This document shows, piece after piece, positions 25,384-32,000 of a stretch of DNA of 32,000 bases. The position numbers and the translations under genes are program-made. Every line of letters starts with the position of its first letter. Positions within the stretch are counted from its first letter, which is position 1. This stretch comes from Sinorhizobium meliloti. GTDB taxonomy: Bacteria > Pseudomonadota > Alphaproteobacteria > Rhizobiales > Rhizobiaceae. A model generated the notes under the pieces. That model was not told where the DNA came from, did no database searches, and saw nothing but the letters and a program-made list of their open reading frames with translations. The stretch is from assembly GCF_017876815.1 (NCBI RefSeq), contig NZ_JAGIOS010000002.1, positions 810,001 through 842,000 of the forward strand. Direction: 5' to 3'.

Positions 25384-26664
25384 ATGACCATATCGATCTT
25401 CCTCGGCGCCCTTCTCGGACCCATGGCGCTCGGCGTGCCGATCGCCTTCGCCCTCATTCTGAGCGGCGTGGCGCTGATGCTCTATCTCGGCCTGTTCGAT
25501 GCCCAGATCGTGGCGCAGAACGTGCTGAACGGAGCCGACAGCTTCCCGCTGATGGCCGTTCCCTTCTTCCTGCTTGCCGGCGAGGTCATGAATACGGGCG
25601 GCCTCTCCCGCCGCATCGTCGCGCTTGCCATGGCCATGGTCGGCCACATCCGCGGCGGGCTCGGCTTCGTCGCGATCTTCGCGGCCTGCATTCTCTCCAG
25701 TCTTTCCGGCTCGGCGGTCGCCGATGCAGCCGCACTCGGCGCACTGCTTCTGCCGATGATGCTGAAAAGCGGCCACGACCCGGCGCGCGCCAGCGGGCTC
25801 ATCGCCTCCGCCTCGATCATCGGCCCGATCATACCGCCCTCGATCGGCTTCATCCTCTTCGGCGTGGTCGGCGGCGTCTCCATCACCAAGCTTTTCCTCG
25901 CCGGCATATTCCCGGGACTGATGATCGCCGCGGCCCTTTCGATCACCTGGCTGATCGTCGCCCGCAAGGAGCAGTTCGAACTGCCGCCGCGGCAGAGCGG
26001 CAGGCTGCGGCTCAGGGCCTTCGTCGACAGCCTCTGGGCGCTTTTCCTGCCCGTCATCATCATCGCCGGACTGAAGTTCGGCGTCTTCACACCGACGGAG
26101 GCGGGTGTCATCGCCGCCGTCTATTCGCTCTTCGTTTCGATGGTCGTCTATCGTGAGCTGGCGCCGGCGCAACTCTTCCACGTCTTCGTCTCGGCCGCGA
26201 AGATCAGCGCCGTCGTGATGTTCCTCGTCGCCTGCGCGGCGGTTTCGGCCTGGCTGATCACCGTTGCCGACGTTCCCGGCGCGCTCGCCGCACTCCTCGA
26301 GCCCCTGATGGGCAACCAGACGGCTCTGCTTATCGCGATCATGGTTTTGATCGTGATCGTCGGCACCGCGATGGACATGACGCCGACGATCCTGATCATG
26401 ACGCCGGTCCTGATGCCGGTCATCAAGCAGGCGGGGATCGATCCGGTCTATTTCGGCGTGCTCTTCATCATCAACAACTCGATCGGCCTGATCACCCCGC
26501 CGGTCGGCACCGTTCTGAACGTCATCTGCGGCGTGTCGAAGCTTTCGATGGAGGATCTGATGAAGGGCGTGATGCCCTTCCTCTTCGCGGAACTGATCGT
26601 TCTTTTCCTGCTCGTCCTGTTCCCTGAACTGGTGACCGTTCCGGTCTCCTGGTTCGGACGCTGA
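25384..26664 (+). CDS. dctM: TRAP transporter large permease (DctM family)
   Basis: 426-aa polytopic protein with PLMAVPFFLLAGEVMNTGG and IIPPSIGFILFG motifs. It begins 11 nt after dctQ. Confidence 0.9.
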   Translation: MTISIFLGALLGPMALGVPIAFALILSGVALMLYLGLFDAQIVAQNVLNGADSFPLMAVPFFLLAGEVMNTGGLSRRIVALAMAMVGHIRGGLGFVAIFAACILSSLSGSAVADAAALGALLLPMMLKSGHDPARASGLIASASIIGPIIPPSIGFILFGVVGGVSITKLFLAGIFPGLMIAAALSITWLIVARKEQFELPPRQSGRLRLRAFVDSLWALFLPVIIIAGLKFGVFTPTEAGVIAAVYSLFVSMVVYRELAPAQLFHVFVSAAKISAVVMFLVACAAVSAWLITVADVPGALAALLEPLMGNQTALLIAIMVLIVIVGTAMDMTPTILIMTPVLMPVIKQAGIDPVYFGVLFIINNSIGLITPPVGTVLNVICGVSKLSMEDLMKGVMPFLFAELIVLFLLVLFPELVTVPVSWFGR

Positions 26665-26724
26665 CGCGCGATTTTCGACTGTCAACAAGGCCGGCACGAC
26701 ACCGGCCCAACCTGGGAGGAAAAC

Positions 26725-27741
26725 ATGTTCGACAGACTGACCAAACTGACATTGGGCCTGGCCGTGCCACTGGCACTCATGACGGCGGGGCCGGCACTCG
26801 CGGAGATCCGCGATCAGACGGTCAAATTCGCATCGGCGAACAACAAGGGTCATCCGCAGGTGACCGGCATGGAGAAATTCGCCGAGCTCGTGAAGGAGAA
26901 GAGCGGCGGCAAGATCGAGGTCAAGCTCTTCCCAGGCGGGACGCTCGGCGGCGACGTTCAGACCGTCTCGGCGCTGCAGGGCGGCGTCATCGAGATGACG
27001 GTGCTGAACGCCGGCATTCTGGCGAGCAACGTCAAGGAGTTCGGCGCGGTCGACCTCCCCTTCCTGTTCGACAGCGGCGAGGAGGCGGACAAGGTGATGG
27101 ATGGTCCCTTCGGCACCAGCCTGATGGAACGCCTGCCCGCCACGGGGCTCGTCGGCGTCGCCTATTGGGAGCTCGGTTTCCGCAACCTGACCAACAACCG
27201 GCATCCGGTGACCAAGCTCGAGGACATAAAGGGCCTGAAGATCCGCACCATTCAGTCGCCGATCCCCGTCGAGCTTTTCAATGCGCTCGGCGCTAATGCG
27301 GTGCCACTCCCCTATACCGAGCTCTATACTGCGCTCGAGACGGGAACGGTCGACGGCCAGGAGAATCCCTCCGCCAACATCATCAACGCGAAATTCTACG
27401 AGGTGCAGAAGTACATGACGCTCACCCGTCATCAGTACAATCCGCAGATCGTCCTCGTCAGCAAGAAGTTCTGGGACGGCCTCAATGACGAGGAAAAGAC
27501 CGTTCTGCAGCAGGCGGCTGTGGAAGCGCGCGACTTCCAGCGCAAGGTCTCGCGCGAGCAGGATGCCGCAGCACTCGAGGAGATCCGCAAGACGGGAATG
27601 GAAGTCAGCGAATTGAGCCCCGAGGAAACGCAGAAGCTGCGCGATGCCGTCAAGCCCATGATCGAGAAGTTCAGTGCCGATATCGGCCAGGAGACGGTTG
27701 AGGCGCTCTTCAAAGAAATCGGCACCGCCCGCGGCCAATGA
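26725..27741 (+). CDS. dctP: TRAP transporter substrate-binding protein (DctP family)
   Basis: Signal peptide ending ALA/EIR, then KFASANNKGHPQ and WELGFRNLTN. The Arg in the latter is in the position that binds the substrate carboxylate in DctP proteins. SD GGGAGGAAAAC lies upstream. Confidence 0.9.
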   Translation: MFDRLTKLTLGLAVPLALMTAGPALAEIRDQTVKFASANNKGHPQVTGMEKFAELVKEKSGGKIEVKLFPGGTLGGDVQTVSALQGGVIEMTVLNAGILASNVKEFGAVDLPFLFDSGEEADKVMDGPFGTSLMERLPATGLVGVAYWELGFRNLTNNRHPVTKLEDIKGLKIRTIQSPIPVELFNALGANAVPLPYTELYTALETGTVDGQENPSANIINAKFYEVQKYMTLTRHQYNPQIVLVSKKFWDGLNDEEKTVLQQAAVEARDFQRKVSREQDAAALEEIRKTGMEVSELSPEETQKLRDAVKPMIEKFSADIGQETVEALFKEIGTARGQ

Positions 27742-27820
27742 CCCGACCTCATGCCGGTCCGCCAGCAACGGACGGGCCGGCGCGCAGCTGCCCGAAACCG
27801 TAACACCCGGAACCCGACAT

Positions 27821-28681
27821 ATGACCGAAACGCTTGTGAGATCCTTGAAGGCGGGCCTGATCGGCACCGGCATCCAGGCTTCGCTGACGCCGGCCATGCA
27901 TATGGCGGAAGGCGCGGCGCAGGGCATTCGCTACGACTACGAGCTGATCGATCTCAACCTGCTAGGGGCGAGCGAGAAGGACCTGCCGCGCTTGCTCGCC
28001 GACGCCGAGCGGCGGGGGTTCGCCGGACTCAATATCACCCATCCCTGCAAGCAGGCGGTCATTCCCTATCTCGACGAGCTCGCCTCCGAGGCGCGGCAGC
28101 TCGGCGCCGTCAACACGGTCGTCCTCAGAAGCGGACGGCGCTACGGCCACAATACGGACTGGTGGGGCTTTGCCGAAGGCTTCCGGCGCGGCCTGCCGGA
28201 TGCCGATCTCTTCTCCGCCGTGCAGCTCGGCGCCGGCGGAGCCGGGGTCGCCACGGCCTATGCCGCGCTCTCGCTTGGCTTGCAGCGGCTCGTCGTGTTC
28301 GACCGCGAGGCCGGCCGGGCGCAGGCGCTCGCCCGGATGCTCTCCCCTCTCTTTCCGAGAGCCGAGGTGGCGGCCGGCAACGACCTTCCCTCGGAAATGA
28401 GAAATGCCGCCGGCCTCATCCACGCGACGCCGACCGGCATGGCGAAATATCCCGGATTGCCGCTCGACGCCGAGCTTCTTTCGCGAAGCCATTGGGTCGC
28501 CGAGATCGTCTATTTTCCGCTGGAAACGGCGCTTCTCAGGGAGGCCCGGCGGCGTGGCTGCAAAACGCTCGACGGCGGCGGCATGGCGGTGTTCCAGGCG
28601 GTCGGCGCGTTTCGGCTGTTCACCGGGCTTGAACCCGACGCGGCGCGGATGCTCGGCCACTTCAGGGCGATGACCGGCTAA
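27821..28681 (+). CDS. Shikimate/quinate dehydrogenase-family protein (AroE/YdiB-like paralogue)
   Basis: GLIGTGIQASLTPAMH, LNITHPCK (catalytic Lys), GHNTDWWGF (catalytic Asp) and the GAGGAG dinucleotide-binding motif. I place the start at the ATG at 27821. Confidence 0.85.
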   Translation: MTETLVRSLKAGLIGTGIQASLTPAMHMAEGAAQGIRYDYELIDLNLLGASEKDLPRLLADAERRGFAGLNITHPCKQAVIPYLDELASEARQLGAVNTVVLRSGRRYGHNTDWWGFAEGFRRGLPDADLFSAVQLGAGGAGVATAYAALSLGLQRLVVFDREAGRAQALARMLSPLFPRAEVAAGNDLPSEMRNAAGLIHATPTGMAKYPGLPLDAELLSRSHWVAEIVYFPLETALLREARRRGCKTLDGGGMAVFQAVGAFRLFTGLEPDAARMLGHFRAMTG

Positions 28682-28706
28682 CGGCGCCCGGCCACGCAGG
28701 TTTCAT

Positions 28707-29009
28707 TTGACGACCGGTTTGTATAGCGTGTCATTCAAGGAGGCGCGGGGCAACCGGCGGTTGGCGTTCGCCGGCGATCTGAAGTCATTCGAAACCAAAG
28801 CCTTCGAAGCGGCCCAGCAGGCGGGCACGGCGATCGTCGTCGACGTTTGGGCGAGCTGGTGCCCGACCTGCGCCGCGCAGGAACCAATTATCGAAAAGCT
28901 GACGTCGTCGCCGGAATTCTCGTCCGTAACCGTATTCAAGGTAGCCTTCGACAAGCAGAAGGACGTCGTGCAGGCGCTCGGGCCGCAGCGCCGGTCCACG
29001 CTGATCTGA
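28707..29009 (+). CDS. Short thioredoxin-like ORF (WCPTC), possibly a decayed gene
   Basis: IVVDVWASWCPTCAAQEPII carries the redox motif. The ORF starts at TTG with no convincing SD or signal peptide. It stops right after ...QRRSTLI, before the last strand and helix of a thioredoxin fold would be encoded. Confidence 0.5.
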   Translation: MTTGLYSVSFKEARGNRRLAFAGDLKSFETKAFEAAQQAGTAIVVDVWASWCPTCAAQEPIIEKLTSSPEFSSVTVFKVAFDKQKDVVQALGPQRRSTLI

Positions 29010-29164
29010 CAGGCGTGGACAAGCAGCTGTAGGCCGCGCTGGTCGAGGAATCCCCGGCCTGGCTCACGAACCTGACCACGCGTTTCTGCCCCCTCGGCAC
29101 CACTGTGATGCCTGTGCGGCTTTCGGCGACGGTGGCGGGGTTTGCGGGCTAAAATGATCGTGAT

Positions 29165-30589
29165 CTAGGCAGCGGCCGTGAGCGCTGCAAGCTCCCGGAA
29201 AAGCCGCTCGTCTTCCGACTGGGCGACATTGAAGCGCAAGAAGCCGCTGGCCGTCTGGGCATGACTGAAGACGTTTCCCGGCGCGAGCACGATGCCTCTG
29301 GCGAGCGCTTGCCTCGCGAGCCTCGCGGCATCGATGCCATCCGGCAGCCGGCACCAGAGGAACATCCCCGCCTGCGGCTCGATCCAGGGCGTGATCCCGA
29401 TCCGCGCGAGTCTTTGGGCAGTCTCGGCCATGGCCCCTGCCAGGCGCTGGCGCACCGTCTCCATGTGCTTGCGATAGCTGCCGTTTTTCAGGAGCGTCAG
29501 CACCAGTTCGGACGAGAAGCCGGCGGCGCCGAAGCACGTGGCGATCTTGAGGTCGGTCAACGCCTCCACCCAGTCGCGAGGAGCCACGATGAAGCCGCAG
29601 CGCACCGCCGCCGAAAGCGTTTTCGAGAAACTGCCTATGTGCACCACGCGTTCGAGCCCATCGAAAGCCGCAAGGCGCGGCGCCGGCGTCTCTTCGAAAT
29701 CGGCGAAGATATCGTCCTCGATGATCGTCAGCCCGGCCTGCTCCGCAAGCTTGAGCAGACGATGGCCGACAAGCGGCGACAGCATTGCGCCGGTCGGATT
29801 GTGAAGGGCAGAATTGGTGATGTAGAGCCGGGGCTTGTGCTCTGCGAGCGCTTCGGCGAAGCGGCCGATGTCCGGCCCGCTGGGTGTATAGGGAACACCG
29901 AAGATTCTTGCCTGATGCGCCCTGAGGAGTGCGTGGAAATTGAAATAGCACGGATCGTCGACGAGCACCGCATCCCCCGGCTTCAGCAGGAAACGGCAAA
30001 GCAGATCAATCGCCTGGGTGCCGGATTCGGTGAGCAATATCTGATCGGGCGACGCCTCGATGCCGTGCTGCGCCACGCGCCGTGCCAGAAGCTGACGCAG
30101 CGGCAGCAATCCGAGCGGCGCACCATAGTCGACAAGCGTGGCGGCGGCGCCGCGTGCGATGCCCCGCAATGCCCGCCGCAATCCTTCCTCCGGCATCCAG
30201 TGCGGCGGCAGCCAGCCGCAGCCCGGCCTCAGTACCCCCTCCCCCGGCTCCAGGGCCTGGCGCGAGATCCACAGGGGATCGACAGCCCGGTCCACGCGCG
30301 GGCCGATCTCGGCAAGCGTGAGCGGCGCAAGCGGCGCCGCTATGAAGAAGCCCGAACCCGGCCGCGAGCGGATCACACCTTCGGCCTGAAGGCGCTCATA
30401 GGCCTCTACCACCGTAGATTTGGACACTTTCATGGCCAAAGCGAAGGAACGGATGGACGGCAGCCTCGCGCCGGGCGTCAAACTCCGCGCGGCTATCCGG
30501 TGCTTCACCGTGCCCATCACCCTGGCGATCAGGCTTTCGCCCGCGGCACTCGTCCCTTTCAGCTGCATCCGTACTGGCTCTTTCTCCAT
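29165..30589 (-). CDS. MocR-subfamily GntR regulator (wHTH plus fold-type I aminotransferase-like domain)
   Basis: The wHTH is LPSIRSFALAMKVSKSTVVEAYERLQAEGVIRSRPGSGFFI. An aminotransferase-like domain follows, with ...YITNSALHNPTG... and SFSKTLSAAVRCGF (PLP-Lys context). I place the start at MEKEPV (30589) with SD GAGAGGAA. The rest of the 749-aa track ORF is an antisense extension over the EamA gene. Confidence 0.9.
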   Translation of the reverse strand: MEKEPVRMQLKGTSAAGESLIARVMGTVKHRIAARSLTPGARLPSIRSFALAMKVSKSTVVEAYERLQAEGVIRSRPGSGFFIAAPLAPLTLAEIGPRVDRAVDPLWISRQALEPGEGVLRPGCGWLPPHWMPEEGLRRALRGIARGAAATLVDYGAPLGLLPLRQLLARRVAQHGIEASPDQILLTESGTQAIDLLCRFLLKPGDAVLVDDPCYFNFHALLRAHQARIFGVPYTPSGPDIGRFAEALAEHKPRLYITNSALHNPTGAMLSPLVGHRLLKLAEQAGLTIIEDDIFADFEETPAPRLAAFDGLERVVHIGSFSKTLSAAVRCGFIVAPRDWVEALTDLKIATCFGAAGFSSELVLTLLKNGSYRKHMETVRQRLAGAMAETAQRLARIGITPWIEPQAGMFLWCRLPDGIDAARLARQALARGIVLAPGNVFSHAQTASGFLRFNVAQSEDERLFRELAALTAAA

Positions 30590-30670
30590 GACAGTTCCTC
30601 TCAACTGTACCTTACTGTCTCTGGAACAGCCAGCGATCCGGCCCGATACCGGAGAAAAAGGAGCATCGGT

Positions 30671-31531
30671 ATGAACAAGGCAGCGAGCGGCTGGATGAGC
30701 GGTTTGATCGGCGTCGTGATCTTTAGCGGCTCGTTGCCCGCGACCCGGGTCGCGGTGATGGACTTCGACCCTATCTTCCTGACCGTAGCACGGGCATCGA
30801 TTGCGGGAATTCTCGCCTTGTGTCTGCTCTTCGCCTTCCGCGAAAGACGGCCTGCCCGGGGAGATCTCGCATCGCTGGCCGTGATCTCGCTCGGGGTCGT
30901 GGTCGGTTTCCCGCTTATGACGGCGCTTGCGCTGCGTCACGTGACCTCCGCCCATTCCATCGTCTTCATCGGCCTCCTGCCGCTTGCGACCGCGATTTTC
31001 GGCGTGCTTCGCGGCGGCGAGCGCCCACGCCCGACCTTCTGGGTGTTCTCGGGCCTCGGCAGCGCGATCGTCGTCGGCTTCGCGGCACGGCAGGGCTTTT
31101 CCGCCTCGCCGATCGGGGATCTCCTGATGCTCGCGGCCATCGTCGCGTGCGGGCTGGGTTACGCGGAGGGTGCGAAGCTGTCGAGAAGGCTTGGCGGCTG
31201 GCAGGTCATTTGCTGGGCCCTCGTCCTCTCCCTTCCGGTTATGACAGCCCTGATGCTGGCCACCATGCCTTCCAGCCTTGCGGGCCCGAGTGCGGCTTCC
31301 TGGCTCGGCTTCGGATACGTCTCCGTCTTCAGCATGCTTATCGGCTTCATCTTCTGGTATCGCGGCTTGGCGCTGGGTGGGATAGTGGCGGTCGGCCAAT
31401 TGCAATTGCTGCAACCCTTCTTCGGTCTGGCGCTGGCTTCGACACTGCTCGGGGAAAATGTGAGCTGGAGCATGCTCGCCGCGACGGTCGCCATCGTCGC
31501 CTGCGTCGCCGGCGCGAAAAAATTTGCCTGA
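30671..31531 (+). CDS. DMT-superfamily (EamA-like) transporter
   Basis: About ten hydrophobic helices in two EamA repeats (MNKAASGWMSGLIGVVIFSGSLPATR...). SD AAAGGAG lies upstream. It is divergent from the MocR gene across an 81-bp gap. Confidence 0.9.
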   Translation: MNKAASGWMSGLIGVVIFSGSLPATRVAVMDFDPIFLTVARASIAGILALCLLFAFRERRPARGDLASLAVISLGVVVGFPLMTALALRHVTSAHSIVFIGLLPLATAIFGVLRGGERPRPTFWVFSGLGSAIVVGFAARQGFSASPIGDLLMLAAIVACGLGYAEGAKLSRRLGGWQVICWALVLSLPVMTALMLATMPSSLAGPSAASWLGFGYVSVFSMLIGFIFWYRGLALGGIVAVGQLQLLQPFFGLALASTLLGENVSWSMLAATVAIVACVAGAKKFA

Positions 31532-31715
31532 CCTCCGGCGACCGTTCCGGAAGTCAGCCGGCGTCTGCCCGCAGCGACCGATCGGTGATTTTGTCGGGCC
31601 AACGGCAAGCTGGAACCTTCGCAGCGATCCGCCGTTTCATTCGGACCGGTCGCGCCACGAGCGTCTGCGGAAGACCGCGTGCCTTTTCCTCATTCCGCTC
31701 CAGAACGGGAGGCCT

Positions 31716-32000
31716 ATGACAATGATGCGGCGGAAGATATCCCGGTTCGTGCTTGCGGGGCTCGTGCTCGTCGGGGGGATACTTCCCCTAGAGACGAGCG
31801 CTGCCCCTGCCGACGAGGCGGCCTTTCTCAATTCGCTCGAGGGCCGATGGACCGGCGGCGGCACGGTGCTGCTTCGCATCGACCGAGGACCGATCAATGT
31901 TTCGTGCAATTTCAGCTCGGATGCGACCGGAACCGCGCTCGCTATGAGAGGGACCTGCCGCGGCCTGCTCGTGGTGTCGCGCTCGATCAGCGCGGATCTG
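31716..32000 (+). CDS. Secreted hypothetical protein (partial; continues beyond the window end)
   Basis: SD GGGAGG, then MTMMRRKISRFVLAGLVLVGGILPLETSAAPADE (signal-peptide-like). The frame stays open to position 32000. No family was recognised. Confidence 0.55.
   Translation, partial: MTMMRRKISRFVLAGLVLVGGILPLETSAAPADEAAFLNSLEGRWTGGGTVLLRIDRGPINVSCNFSSDATGTALAMRGTCRGLLVVSRSISADL

Noticed and set aside
29144-29166. Similarity between 'ctaaaatgatcgtgatctagg' (29144..) and 'ctgaaaacatcgtgatctaag' (10221..), which could mean a second copy of the intergenic repeat.
   Set aside because: Only about 17 of 21 positions match, with an 11-nt exact core. Exact 11-mers are expected many times by chance in a 32-kb window, and the flanks do not align.
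30590-31414. Upstream 275 codons of the 749-aa minus ORF that contains the MocR regulator.
   Set aside because: It runs antisense through the EamA transporter gene and gives an Arg/Glu/Asp-rich low-complexity product. The MocR wHTH begins just after MEKEPV at 30589, which has an SD.
1-32000. A scan for CRISPR arrays, tandem repeats, IS or transposase genes, integrases, phage genes and rRNA/tRNA genes.
   Set aside because: I recognised no regularly spaced direct repeats, transposase or integrase signatures, or structural RNA genes. The only mobility-related trace is the decayed TA module in the AT-richer islet.

Overview
High-GC, gene-dense segment that looks alpha-proteobacterial and Rhizobiaceae-like. 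That guess rests on RIME-type palindromic intergenic elements and typical rhizobial gene families, and is inference only. I count about 30 protein-coding genes, mostly solute uptake and catabolism. In order along the window: (1) a minus-strand sugar ABC operon (binding protein, ATPase, two permeases, LacI regulator, Gfo/Idh/MocA oxidoreductase); (2) a fused E1alpha/beta plus E2 2-oxoacid dehydrogenase operon with a divergent Lrp/AsnC regulator; (3) a 645-bp palindrome-rich non-coding gap; (4) dienelactone hydrolase; (5) a 1205-aa fused hydantoinase/5-oxoprolinase; (6) a pseudouridine synthase; (7) tctCBA; (8) an AT-richer islet with a C45 Ntn-hydrolase, a Phd/YefM antitoxin and a truncated vapC; (9) a CMD gene plus an ECF41 sigma factor with the group's signature promoter; (10) a secreted AztD-like beta-propeller; (11) TetR plus a TRAP transporter (Q-M-P order) plus a shikimate-dehydrogenase-like gene; (12) a short thioredoxin-like ORF; (13) a divergent MocR/EamA pair; (14) a partial secreted hypothetical. 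I saw no rRNA, tRNA, CRISPR array, transposase, integrase or phage genes. I found no clear multi-gene novel system. The best leads are: tandem hairpins with CCUCCC (anti-Shine-Dalgarno) loops at 10.52-10.63 kb, a candidate sRNA or leader; the vapC truncation that abuts an exact ECF41 promoter; the stand-alone AztD-like gene with an AT-rich dyad; and the E3-less fused-E1 dehydrogenase operon. Start codons were chosen by eye from SD motifs and family N-termini. No searches or computations were run.
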